Source: Candidatus Moraniibacteriota bacterium
Lineage (GTDB): Bacteria; Patescibacteriota; Minisyncoccia; Moranbacterales; UBA1568
Reading direction: 5' to 3'
NCBI GenBank assembly: GCA_052034935.1
Contig: JBPOIB010000008.1
Span: forward strand, 2,511-66,510
Length of the DNA: 64,000 nt
Shown: piece after piece, positions 1 through 8,911 of the stretch
Position numbering within the stretch: the stretch's first letter is position 1
How the letters are laid out: every line of letters starts with the position of its first letter
Program-made: the position numbers and the translations under genes
Notes under the pieces: model-generated
What the model saw: only the letters and a program-made list of their open reading frames with translations
The model's database searches: none
Told to the model about the DNA's origin: nothing

Positions 1-2
1 TC

Positions 3-224
3 CAGCTCCGGAAGGAAATGTACGAGCGAGTTGGAACTGGTGGTCTGGCCGTTCTCTACAGCGACCTGGAGCAGCTCGAAGATGAGGGTTTCATTGAGAG
101 CCAGCCACACGAGGGTGACGTCGAGTCTTCGCTCTACGAATATCGACTGACCCTGAAAGGGCTCAAGCGGAAGCTCCGCGATCATCGGCCCAAGATGAGC
201 CAGACGCTTCCCAGGACCGTGTAG
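3..224 (+). CDS. PadR-like winged-helix protein, 5'-truncated by the window edge
   Basis: LYSDLEQLEDEGFIES...YEYRLTLKG resembles the PadR recognition helix and wing; the frame is open back to position 3. Confidence 0.55.
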   Translation, partial: QLRKEMYERVGTGGLAVLYSDLEQLEDEGFIESQPHEGDVESSLYEYRLTLKGLKRKLRDHRPKMSQTLPRTV

Positions 225-295
225 TCAGTCTGTCACCCCACCCCCAAGCGCTGCCCGGCAACACCAAGCGATGGTGCTTTGAACAACGAGAGGAG

Positions 296-577
296 ATGAT
301 TATGGGAAAAATACTCCAACCGGATCTGGCCAGAAAGCTCAAGCAGCTCACGGAGAGTGTGTTTCGTCCGCCGGAGATCGTCACGCTCGAAGCCTGGACC
401 AATGGCGAAGTGCGAGCGCTCCAGGTGCGCGATACAGTGCTCGGCGCGAGAGATGAAGTGACGCTCGCTCGGCGCGCTGTCCTCAACCAGAAAATGCGTT
501 TTCTCGATGTGCTGTACATCGAGTGGGCAAAGCGCGAGCTCTCGCTCGAGCTGGCATGTCATCAATCAACCGTCTGA
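296..577 (+). CDS. hypothetical protein, probably co-transcribed with cheY
   Basis: 93-aa ORF preceded by GAGAGGAG; ends 12 nt before cheY. Confidence 0.6.
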   Translation: MIMGKILQPDLARKLKQLTESVFRPPEIVTLEAWTNGEVRALQVRDTVLGARDEVTLARRAVLNQKMRFLDVLYIEWAKRELSLELACHQSTV

Positions 578-589
578 AGGAGATCGCAC

Positions 590-985
590 ATGAACGCCAC
601 CGACCTGAAGTTTCTCATCGTCGACGACTTCTCGACGATGCGCCGCATCATCCGCGGCCTGCTCAAGGAAATGGATTGCCATCATGCCGACGAGGCCGAA
701 GACGGCGTCGTCGCGCTCGGCATGCTCCAAAGCGGCGAGTACAACTTCGTCATCTCGGACATCAACATGCCCAACATGAACGGCTTCGACCTGCTTCGGG
801 CCATCAAGGGCGATCCGGCCCTGAAGCATCTGCCGGTGCTCATGGTCACGGCCGAAGCGCGGAAGGAGGACATCGTCCTCGCCGCCCAGTCGGGCGCCGC
901 CGGCTACATCGTGAAGCCCTTCACGAAAGCGACCCTCGAGGAGAAGATCCAGAAGATCCTCCAGAAGCTGGCCGCCCAGGCCTGA
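590..985 (+). CDS. cheY: chemotaxis response regulator CheY (proteobacterial type)
   Basis: [43 protein letters not shown]; residues equivalent to E. coli D12/D13/D57/T87/Y106/K109 are present; SD AAGGAG. Confidence 0.95.
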   Translation: MNATDLKFLIVDDFSTMRRIIRGLLKEMDCHHADEAEDGVVALGMLQSGEYNFVISDINMPNMNGFDLLRAIKGDPALKHLPVLMVTAEARKEDIVLAAQSGAAGYIVKPFTKATLEEKIQKILQKLAAQA

Positions 986-1011
986 ACCGCTACCGGAGAT
1001 TTCTCCGCCCC

Positions 1012-1039
1012 GCCGCCCGGCAACCCCGGACGGCTTTTT
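1012..1039 (+). terminator. intrinsic terminator after cheY copy 1
   Basis: GCCGCCCGG-caacc-CCGGACGGC followed by TTTTT. Confidence 0.8.
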
Positions 1040-1175
1040 CTTGCTTCGACCGGGCAAAATCCGGTCTTTTTACACAATAGAAGCGGGACGAAGGCAATAT
1101 TCTGCATTCGGCTGTTTTCTGATAGATTGAACCATCGTTCTCTTAACAATCTTTTCAACCCTCTCGGAGGAAGCC

Positions 1176-2291
1176 ATGAAAGTCAGTCTGGAAAAAATGA
1201 CGGCGCGTCCTCCGAAAGGGACGTATGATGTCAACTTGCCGCGCGAATCCATTGGCGTCTTGTTGCAGATGCGCTCGCGGATGTCGCTTGTCGGTCTCAG
1301 TGACCTGGCCGATAGCATCAGTGCTGTGGGCCAACATACCCCCGGACTGGTCGTCGCGCTCAATGCTCATGGAGCGCGAGACTATCTCAGGAAGATCAAC
1401 GAGATGTGGGGGGCACGCTACCGGCTGGCAAAATTCGCGTCGGTTTACATCGAAGAGAAGGGAGAAGAGTTCTTCCTCTTTCTCGCTGCCGGCCACCGGC
1501 GGTTCAAGGCGGTCGAGATGGCGGGTCGCACGACGTTCTATGCCCGTCTCCATTTCGAGAGCTCTTTCTCGGAGGCGCTGCTCATGCAGTACCACGAGAA
1601 CATCCATGAGCAAGTACCACCTGATAACGAGGCGCGCTTCATCACGCTGTTCTGGCGGGAAGCGAAGAAGAAGGATCCCGAGCTCACGATCGCCAAGTTC
1701 GCCCGGAGCCTGGGCAAGAAGTCGGAGTTCATTCGCCGCTGCATCCGCTTTACGGTACTGCCGATCCGAGTGCAACAGCTCGTCTTGCCGAACAAAGAGT
1801 TCAAGAAGGGGATCGCCTATACACTCCTCTGCGAGCTCGCTCGTCTGCAGGAGGCTCGGATCGAAGCAGGGAAGCCGTTCGATGAATCGGAGCTGATGCA
1901 TCTCGCGTACGTGCTCATCTCGCAGTACAAGACGGCGAAGCGGGCGGCGGCCTGGGTGAGCGATCAGATCCGGGTCCTCCAGGGCCAGGGAGAGATCTTC
2001 GAACTTTCCATGCAAGATGCTTTTGCCGGTGCCCAACAGACGGCAGCGAGCCAGCTCGCAACGACCGTCCGAGTCGGCGAACAGCAGCTTCGGGTCGTGG
2101 CCCGTCTCCATACCGAAGGTGGCATACCGAAGGTGGCGAGCGGAGCGGCAGTAGCGGCGGTCGGTCGGACGCTCGACGTCGCCAAAAACCTCGCCCCGCA
2201 AATCATCGATGGGATCAAGGGTGCGCGAGGTGCCAGATCGGTGAGACAGGCTGTGATGCAAGTAGCTGGCCAGAAGCCGGCAGAACGCTGA
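1176..2291 (+). CDS. orphan ParB/Spo0J-family protein
   Basis: LSDLADSISAVGQ, AAGHRRFKA (GxRR box), ENIHEQ, and HTH-like LTIAKFARSLGKKSEFIRRCIRFTVLP; SD GGAGG. Confidence 0.8.
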   Translation: MKVSLEKMTARPPKGTYDVNLPRESIGVLLQMRSRMSLVGLSDLADSISAVGQHTPGLVVALNAHGARDYLRKINEMWGARYRLAKFASVYIEEKGEEFFLFLAAGHRRFKAVEMAGRTTFYARLHFESSFSEALLMQYHENIHEQVPPDNEARFITLFWREAKKKDPELTIAKFARSLGKKSEFIRRCIRFTVLPIRVQQLVLPNKEFKKGIAYTLLCELARLQEARIEAGKPFDESELMHLAYVLISQYKTAKRAAAWVSDQIRVLQGQGEIFELSMQDAFAGAQQTAASQLATTVRVGEQQLRVVARLHTEGGIPKVASGAAVAAVGRTLDVAKNLAPQIIDGIKGARGARSVRQAVMQVAGQKPAER

Positions 2292-2380
2292 CGCGAGCGA
2301 TTCGCGTCGTTTACCGGCTGGTCGGAAGCGTGGATCAATACCCATTCTCTCGCCAGCCGTTCTCTCTACTTGGAGGTCTC

Positions 2381-3334
2381 ATGAGGTTTACGACTGCTCG
2401 TTATGACATCGAGGTTGATGAAGAGCGGGCAGAGCGCATCATCAGCGAGATCAACACTGCCTGGATCGAAAGCGGAGGACTCTTCCGATACGTCTCTCGA
2501 GAGCAGGATGCGGTCCAGCAGCGGCATGTGCCGTCGGGGATGACGCGTCGCAGTTTGCGGCATCAGCAGTGGCTCTTCCTTGCGACCATGACGGATCGGC
2601 GCGAAGAGAGCGAACGTGTGTATGCGAGCCATGTCCGGCTCCATGCCAAGTGGCCGCGTCTCTATACGTCGGTCGCGGGGCAGATGAAGCCGAAAACGAT
2701 CGAGGCCAAGCTCCGACTCGTCAAAGTCGGTAGTCCGGGACAGTCGGCAGCGTATTGGCCACGTTCTGCCGAGACCCTCTTCACGACTCTCGATGGTGAC
2801 CCGAAGCGGCTCTATCAGTTCGGGGACGGGCGCATCGATGACGTGCTCGCGTTCAAGCGCTCATCGAAGGAAGACCCCATACCGGGTTTCGGACCGAAGA
2901 TCTTGTCCCTTTACTCGTTCTATCTCCACGAGCTCGGGGTCATCGATCTTCCGAAGGACGCCTTCCCGGTTGATGTCCATGTCCAGCGATTCCTCATCTC
3001 GACGGGTATCGTCAGTGGTACCGGCACGATCGTGAACGAGCAGCTCGAGCGGATCGCCCGGCCGCTCCTGTGTCAGGTGGCCGACCGTCTCCGTATCGAT
3101 CGCCTCGAGCTCTCGCACGCGATCTGGTTTCTCGGCAACCGGTGCTGCACTGGTTGCTGGAAAAATGCTGCCATTCCCGAACTCTGCCCCGCTTATGCCA
3201 AGTGTGGCGGCGCGATCGACAGCAAGTCGTACTACAAGAAAGGGGTGTGGCACCTCGACCGGCCGCGAAACCCGCGCGGCGGCGATGTCCAGGCTGTCCT
3301 GCCGTGGTCGATACCGATTCAGGTAGTCGCCTGA
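2381..3334 (+). CDS. HhH-GPD / endonuclease III-like DNA glycosylase with a C-terminal Cys cluster
   Basis: HhH motif IPGFGPKI, FPVDVHVQR with the catalytic Asp, CCTGC...LCPAYAKC; SD GGAGGT supports the ATG at 2381. Confidence 0.8.
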   Translation: MRFTTARYDIEVDEERAERIISEINTAWIESGGLFRYVSREQDAVQQRHVPSGMTRRSLRHQQWLFLATMTDRREESERVYASHVRLHAKWPRLYTSVAGQMKPKTIEAKLRLVKVGSPGQSAAYWPRSAETLFTTLDGDPKRLYQFGDGRIDDVLAFKRSSKEDPIPGFGPKILSLYSFYLHELGVIDLPKDAFPVDVHVQRFLISTGIVSGTGTIVNEQLERIARPLLCQVADRLRIDRLELSHAIWFLGNRCCTGCWKNAAIPELCPAYAKCGGAIDSKSYYKKGVWHLDRPRNPRGGDVQAVLPWSIPIQVVA

Positions 3335-3343
3335 AACCGCACA

Positions 3344-3386
3344 GCCGGGCAATCTCAAACGAGAATGCCCGGCCTTTTTCTTTTTT
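3344..3386 (+). terminator. intrinsic terminator
   Basis: GCCGGGCA..TGCCCGGC stem plus T-tract. Confidence 0.75.
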
Positions 3387-3415
3387 ATACGTACTTTGAT
3401 ACAGTGACAGTAGTT

Positions 3416-4051
3416 ATGGATACCGAACAGAAACAAAGGCGATTCCTCTCCGCCGGACTGACGATACTTTTTCTCGCGGCGGTTTTTCTCTATTCTGCTT
3501 CGCTCTTCGACCGGAACGTCGCTGAGATCAATGAGATTGAATCACCCGTTTCGGTTTCGAATGATTTTCAATCAGGGATCACAAAACTGACAGAATCAAT
3601 CACTCCTGTGGTTCCCACTAACAAACAAGCGGAGCCCGTTGTTGTAGCGGATGACTGGAAGACATATAAAAATGCAAAGTACGGACTCGAGTTTCGTTAT
3701 CCGAAAGATTTTCAGGTAAGTGATTTTGGGAGACAGGAGTTGGGTCAAATAAAAGATGGCAAGCCAGTTGTGTTTGAGTCACTCCATGTCAGTCCGCTGA
3801 GTGAGGATGATGGGTTTCTGATGCACATCTACGTGTCGTTGGATAAGCGGCTTCTTGATGGACCTGAAGATAGAATGATGGGTGATGAGAAAAGAATTGA
3901 CGGCACAGTATTCAAAGAGTTTAGCGATCCTGGGATGGGGGATCGGTCGGGTTACTTTGCAAAAGTTGGGTCTCGATATTATATTCTCGATGCGGTTTTT
4001 GGTGACGGTCGGTTCGATGCGATTCTCTCGACCCTCAAGTTGACCAGGTAG
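3416..4051 (+). CDS. membrane-anchored PsbP-like extracytoplasmic protein
   Basis: N-terminal TM helix; WKTYKNAKYGLEFRYP and FDAILSTLK motifs typical of CPR surface proteins. Confidence 0.7.
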   Translation: MDTEQKQRRFLSAGLTILFLAAVFLYSASLFDRNVAEINEIESPVSVSNDFQSGITKLTESITPVVPTNKQAEPVVVADDWKTYKNAKYGLEFRYPKDFQVSDFGRQELGQIKDGKPVVFESLHVSPLSEDDGFLMHIYVSLDKRLLDGPEDRMMGDEKRIDGTVFKEFSDPGMGDRSGYFAKVGSRYYILDAVFGDGRFDAILSTLKLTR

Positions 4052-4071
4052 CTCTGATAAAAGAGCGATAG

Positions 4072-4095
4072 ACCCGAGGCAGTCCCTCGGGTTTT
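4072..4095 (+). terminator. intrinsic terminator
   Basis: ACCCGAGG-cagtc-CCTCGGGT followed by a short T-tract. Confidence 0.6.
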
Positions 4096-4170
4096 CGTAT
4101 GGACAAAGCAGTGAGAATAGAGTATTTTGAGCTGTCCATGTGGACGGTAGCTTAACAAGGGGAGACTGCC

Positions 4171-4662
4171 ATGACAGCGACGCTGAAGCGGTATTTCATC
4201 ACCGACCGCGAGACAGGTGAGCGCGTGCTCGCCGCCATCCGCGACTGTTTCGATGGGGACAAGCGGCTTTTCTGCCGTCTCCTCATCCGCCGAGCGTTCG
4301 GCGATACGCCGACTGACCATGTGAAGGAGGATGTCGAGTACTTCGTGTACGCCTGCCCTTCGCCGAATGCCGGCGATCGCGGGGCGGTGTATCTGTACTC
4401 GCTCGTCCATGACACGGGCGAAGCGGGTGCACGGCTCTTCACAGTCCTCATCGATCTGCCGAAGCCCGATGATCAGGCGTTCGTGGCCGAGCTCATCGAT
4501 TTCCTCGACCGCTTCGAGTTCGTTCCGTTCTATCGCTCGCTCCGGGCCCGTCCGATCGGTCCGACCTGCTGCCCGAGCTATCTGGACGAGCCGATCGACA
4601 CGGGCGCCATCGACCAGTGGCTGCGGAGCCGCGTGCCGCCGGTCTTGGCGAACGCGGCTTGA
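4171..4662 (+). CDS. hypothetical protein, upstream partner of the second cheY-like gene
   Basis: 163-aa ORF with SD AAGGGGAG. Confidence 0.65.
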   Translation: MTATLKRYFITDRETGERVLAAIRDCFDGDKRLFCRLLIRRAFGDTPTDHVKEDVEYFVYACPSPNAGDRGAVYLYSLVHDTGEAGARLFTVLIDLPKPDDQAFVAELIDFLDRFEFVPFYRSLRARPIGPTCCPSYLDEPIDTGAIDQWLRSRVPPVLANAA

Positions 4663-4679
4663 AGCTAGGGGAGGGAATC

Positions 4680-5078
4680 ATGAACACTGCCGAATTGAAG
4701 TTCCTGGTCGTCGACGACTATCCGGATCTCAGCCGGCTGACGGCCATCATGCTCGAGGGTCTCGGCTATCCGCCGCCTGATACGGCGGCATCCGGCGAAG
4801 AAGCGCTCCAGATGCTCCGGGCGAAGCGTTACAGCTTCGTCATCAGCGACATCAACATGCCGGGGATGAACGGCTTCATGCTGCTCCGGGCCATCAAGGA
4901 GGATCCGGCGCTTCGCCCCATCCCGGTGCTTGTCATGAGTACACATCCGGAACAGCTCTACAGCGAAGCGGCCATCCTCCGCGGTGCGGTCGGCTACCTC
5001 ACGAAGCCGCTGACATCCGCCGCGCTCAAAGCGATCATCACCCGGGCCTTTCCTGAGACTGCTCATCCGCCCGAATGA
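4680..5078 (+). CDS. CheY-like single-domain response regulator, diverged paralog of 590..985
   Basis: [39 protein letters not shown]; SD GGGGAGGG before ATG 4680. Confidence 0.9.
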   Translation: MNTAELKFLVVDDYPDLSRLTAIMLEGLGYPPPDTAASGEEALQMLRAKRYSFVISDINMPGMNGFMLLRAIKEDPALRPIPVLVMSTHPEQLYSEAAILRGAVGYLTKPLTSAALKAIITRAFPETAHPPE

Positions 5079-5102
5079 GCTTTTGCGGGCCGTTCCCGTA
5101 CC

Positions 5103-5136
5103 GCCGCCCGGCAACACCGGACGGCCTTTTCTTTTT
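5103..5136 (+). terminator. intrinsic terminator, near-identical to the one at 1012
   Basis: GCCGCCCGG-caaca-CCGGACGGC-CTTTTCTTTTT. Confidence 0.8.
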
Positions 5137-5180
5137 GGCTCGATTTGCTAGAGTGAGGGACAAGCTATTTTTCCTGCCGT

Positions 5181-5633
5181 ATGCGCTGCCCATTCTGCAA
5201 TCATCCCGAATCCAAAGTGACGGACTCGCGCGAGACGCTCGAAGGCCGGGTCATCCGTCGCCGCCGCGAATGCCTCTCGTGCCTTGCTCGGTTTTCGACG
5301 TATGAGCAGGCCGAACTTTTCCGGGTCTCGGTCATCAAGAAGGACGGCCAACATCAGCCGTATGAACGCAAGAAGATCGAGGCAGGCCTCCGGAAAGCGT
5401 TCGAGAAACGGCCGATGACGGAAGACCGGCTCGAGAAGCTTCTCGGCGCGATCGAGTACACTATCGCGGAGAAAGCGAAGAAGAACCAGATCGCGAGCCG
5501 CGATATCGGGACAATCGTCCTGGAGAAGCTGAAGGATGTGGACGAGGTCGCCTACATCCGTTTCGCGAGCGTCTATCAGTCATTCGGCAGCGCGCGGGGG
5601 TTCCGACGGGCGTTGGAAAAATTCGAGCAGTAA
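5181..5633 (+). CDS. nrdR: transcriptional repressor NrdR
   Basis: MRCPFC...RRRRECLSC zinc ribbon, ATP-cone, VAYIRFASVY. Confidence 0.97.
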   Translation: MRCPFCNHPESKVTDSRETLEGRVIRRRRECLSCLARFSTYEQAELFRVSVIKKDGQHQPYERKKIEAGLRKAFEKRPMTEDRLEKLLGAIEYTIAEKAKKNQIASRDIGTIVLEKLKDVDEVAYIRFASVYQSFGSARGFRRALEKFEQ

Positions 5634-5680
5634 AACAAAATTCCTGGCATCATCGGCCGTAACGGGTAAGCAGGAATCAT

Positions 5681-7144
5681 ATGTCGAGGTGGGTGACGAG
5701 CAGTACGATCGGGCTTTTTGCCGGCATGGGACTGGCTGCTTGGACCGGGGAGCGGGCCGTCATGCTTCTCTTGCTCGCTGCGGTCGGCATCATCATCGTG
5801 CGGAGCCTCTTTCCTGACCGGCGGAAAACTTTTTTCAGCTTCATCGGCCTCCTCGCTCTTTCCAGCGGGATATTTTTTTATCAGCAGGCTTTCGATCGCT
5901 GGCAAAGACTGCCTGAAACAATCGGCTTTTCCGGTGCGGTTGAAATCGTCGAACGAGGCGAAGTGAAGGTCTTCTATCGGCCGGTGACGCTTCGTCCTCT
6001 GGATGAGGACTGGTATGGCGGCGATATCCTCTACCGGGCCCCGATCGATATGGCTGCTTTGCCGGGAGAAGAAGTCGCTTTCGAGTGTATGCTCTCACGG
6101 CCGAAGAATTTCGAGCCTGGTTTCGACTACCGAAGCCTGCTGGCAAGCCGCGGCGTCGGGTACGCGTGCGACCGGGCCGGCACAGCGGAACTTTTGCCGA
6201 GTACCGGCTTCAGTCTTCGGAAATTATTCGCGACCATCCAATCCGGTTTCCGCAGGGCTATCGCTGATATCGTACCGGAGCCGGAGGCCGGACTCCTCTC
6301 GGGGCTACTTGTCGGCGGAAGCGATACGCTTGCTCCCGAGACGAAAGCAGCGTTCGCTCAAGCCGGACTCTCGCACATCGTCGCGGTGTCAGGATACAAC
6401 ATGAGCATCGTCGCCGAAGGCCTGGTCGTCTTCTCACTCATTTTCGGCGCCTGGCGCAAATGGGCGGTGGCCGTTGCTATCATCGGACTCGCTTTCTTCC
6501 TCCTTGTCATCGACGGTTCGGCCGCGTCGCTTCGTGCCGCACTCATGGCCTGGCTCGCATTCGGGGCATATTTTTTCGGCCGGCCGGCGGCTTCGTGGAA
6601 TGGACTCATGATTGCTGGTGCGGGTATGCTCTTCTTTAATCCGCTCCTCATCCGCTACGATGTCGGATTCCAGCTATCATTTCTCGCGACGCTGGCGCTT
6701 CTCATCTTCTCCCGCTCTTTCGAAACGTTCGCGTTCTTCCGTCAGTGGTACGGCAAGGTCGCGGCACTTTTTCTCACGACGATCGTTATTGAACTCTTCA
6801 CGTTACCCATCGTCGTCTCGACATTCGGCACGTTCTCAGTCGTAGCACCGTTCGCGAATGCACTCGTTCTCCCGCTCGTTCCGATCGCGATGTTTATCGG
6901 CATCGGGGCTGTCGTTCTCTCGGGACTTGTCCCAGCACTTGGCATCTTCATCACTCCGCTCGTCTGGCTGCCGCTCACCGCGATCATCCGGCTAGCGGAA
7001 GGACTCGCCCGCATTCCAGGCGCGAGTCTCGAGGGTCTCGACATGCCCGCTTCTTTTGCGCTACTTTGGTATGCCGGACTTGCTGCTACGGTTCTCCTGC
7101 TCGAATATTTCCGCAAGCGCTATGTATTGGGGATGGATCACTAA
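5681..7144 (+). CDS. comEC: ComEC/Rec2 competence membrane protein
   Basis: AGLSHIVAVSGYN, SLRAALM, DVGFQLSFLAT, multiple TM helices. Confidence 0.92.
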   Translation: MSRWVTSSTIGLFAGMGLAAWTGERAVMLLLLAAVGIIIVRSLFPDRRKTFFSFIGLLALSSGIFFYQQAFDRWQRLPETIGFSGAVEIVERGEVKVFYRPVTLRPLDEDWYGGDILYRAPIDMAALPGEEVAFECMLSRPKNFEPGFDYRSLLASRGVGYACDRAGTAELLPSTGFSLRKLFATIQSGFRRAIADIVPEPEAGLLSGLLVGGSDTLAPETKAAFAQAGLSHIVAVSGYNMSIVAEGLVVFSLIFGAWRKWAVAVAIIGLAFFLLVIDGSAASLRAALMAWLAFGAYFFGRPAASWNGLMIAGAGMLFFNPLLIRYDVGFQLSFLATLALLIFSRSFETFAFFRQWYGKVAALFLTTIVIELFTLPIVVSTFGTFSVVAPFANALVLPLVPIAMFIGIGAVVLSGLVPALGIFITPLVWLPLTAIIRLAEGLARIPGASLEGLDMPASFALLWYAGLAATVLLLEYFRKRYVLGMDH

Positions 7145-7976
7145 AACTGTTTTTATACTCTTCCTTCTCGGGTTGGTCGCTGTCTTCGGACTGTGGATTC
7201 TGCTTATCCGTCAGAATTCTGACGAGACCAAAATTGTTTTCCTTTCAGTCGGGCAGGGGGATGCGACCCTTATTTCGCAGGGGATGAACCAGATTGTCAT
7301 CGATGGCGGCCGCGATGGTCAACTCCTCCTCTCCCGGCTCGGCCGGCATATCCCGTTCTACGATCGGACCATCGAAACGCTCATCCCGACCCATCCTGAT
7401 GCCGATCATGTCGGCGGCCTCTCCTCGCTCCTCGAGCGCTACCGGGTGAAGACCGTGCTCGATACGGGTGCACGGACAGACACGAAGTCGGCGTTTCTTT
7501 TCTATCGCGATCTGGAGCGCGAGGAGTCCCGGACTTTTCCAGCGGTGCGCGGCACCAATCTTGCACTCCCGAGAGGCGGCGCACTTGATATCATTTTTCC
7601 TTTCACACTGATTCCGGTGGATACTCCGGAAACAAATGAGGGAAGCGTCGTTAGTCGCTTCTCTTTCGGAGAAACAAGTTTCCTTCTCACGGGGGATTTG
7701 CCAGACGAGGAACGATTCATCCCGGACCTCGGACCGGCGACGGTCCTCAAGGTTGGACACCATGGATCGCAGTATTCGACGAGCGACGCGTTGCTCGAGC
7801 TCGTCAAACCGAAAGAGGCGGTTATCTCGGTGGGGAACAATAGTTATGGCCATCCGCACCCGTCCGTTCTCGAACGGCTCTTGGCACATGGCGTGAGCAT
7901 TTTTCGGACGGACATGGGTGGCGATATTATGTACCGGTGCTTGACTGAGACGAATCGCTGCGACCGTCAGGAATAA
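7122..7976 (+). CDS. ComEC-associated metallo-beta-lactamase-fold nuclease, encoded separately
   Basis: VGQGDA, THPDADHVGG, LLTGD, KVGHHGS, NSYGHP; overlaps the 3' end of comEC. Confidence 0.9.
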   Translation: MYWGWITKTVFILFLLGLVAVFGLWILLIRQNSDETKIVFLSVGQGDATLISQGMNQIVIDGGRDGQLLLSRLGRHIPFYDRTIETLIPTHPDADHVGGLSSLLERYRVKTVLDTGARTDTKSAFLFYRDLEREESRTFPAVRGTNLALPRGGALDIIFPFTLIPVDTPETNEGSVVSRFSFGETSFLLTGDLPDEERFIPDLGPATVLKVGHHGSQYSTSDALLELVKPKEAVISVGNNSYGHPHPSVLERLLAHGVSIFRTDMGGDIMYRCLTETNRCDRQE

Positions 7977-8127
7977 ATTAAAAAAAGTGTACATTTTTTG
8001 AATCTTGCCAAAGTGGCTAAAGACGAGTATACTGTCGCGGACAGAGAGAGACTCGTTTCATATTGTTTCCGAAGAGTTTCCATGTCATAATATACTTGTT
8101 GTTAATTGTCTTTATCGTACCGACGTT

Positions 8128-8733
8128 ATGGCCGCCCACCCGAAGAAAGAACTTTCCCTCGTCATCCTGAAGCCGGACGCTATCCAGCGCTCGCTCATGG
8201 GGACTATCATCAGCCGGATCGAGAATACCGGGCTCAAATTCGTCGCGATGCGGCTCGTTGTCCCGAAGGCTGAACAGTGCTGGGCGCACTACAACAAAGA
8301 CGAAGCTTGGTTCATGAAGAAAGGAACGCGCGTCGTCGAAGACCGCAAGGCGCAGAATCTCCCGATCGAGAAGGAGGCGATGGAGTACGGCAAGGATATC
8401 ATCCAGGCGAACGTCGATTTCTTCACTTCCGGCCCCGTGCTCGCCTTCATCGTCGAGGGCAATCAGTCGGTCGCGATCGTGAAGAAGCTCGTCGGCGGCA
8501 CCGAACCGACGACGTCCGATGTCGGCACCATCCGCGGAGACATGACGGTCGACTCCTACGCGCTTTCCTCGATCGATAATCGTGCGGTCCGCAATCTGGT
8601 ACATTGTTCCGATAGTCCGGAAGAGGCTGAGCGTGAGATTCCGATCTGGTTCGAACCGTCCGATATCCTCAAATACCGCCTCGTCCAGGAACAAATTCTC
8701 TACGATGTGAACCTTGATGGCATCCTCGAGTAA
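8128..8733 (+). CDS. ndk: nucleoside diphosphate kinase
   Basis: ILKPDA, GTIRGD, NLVHCSDS with the catalytic His. Confidence 0.95.
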   Translation: MAAHPKKELSLVILKPDAIQRSLMGTIISRIENTGLKFVAMRLVVPKAEQCWAHYNKDEAWFMKKGTRVVEDRKAQNLPIEKEAMEYGKDIIQANVDFFTSGPVLAFIVEGNQSVAIVKKLVGGTEPTTSDVGTIRGDMTVDSYALSSIDNRAVRNLVHCSDSPEEAEREIPIWFEPSDILKYRLVQEQILYDVNLDGILE

Positions 8734-8750
8734 GGAGCACGATTATTTTC

Positions 8751-8778
8751 AAAAAGAGCCTTGACAGGCTCTTTTTTT
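8751..8778 (+). terminator. intrinsic terminator after ndk
   Basis: AAAAAGAGCCT-tgac-AGGCTCTTTTTTT. Confidence 0.8.
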
Positions 8779-8911
8779 ATGGCCTCTTGCATAAAAAGAG
8801 AGTGGGTGTAGGATGGGGGCGTACATCTGGCGCGATAGCTGGGGTACGGCATACTTGCCACAGCAGATTTCAGTTCCTTTCGCCTTTTTGTCCTTTCAGG
8901 AGAGCCACATC

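Noticed and set aside
1-5136. Prophage or integrative element explanation for the left island
   Set aside because: No integrase, transposase, phage structural gene or att repeat within the window; it cannot be excluded beyond the left edge.
7122-7144. comEC / MBL-domain overlap as a frameshifted pseudogene
   Set aside because: The second ORF has its own ATG and N-terminal TM anchor, and split ComEC is a common arrangement.
8085-8101. Possible NrdR box upstream of ndk (CATAATATACTTGT)
   Set aside because: A single imperfect match that overlaps a likely -10 element; NrdR boxes usually occur as tandem pairs.
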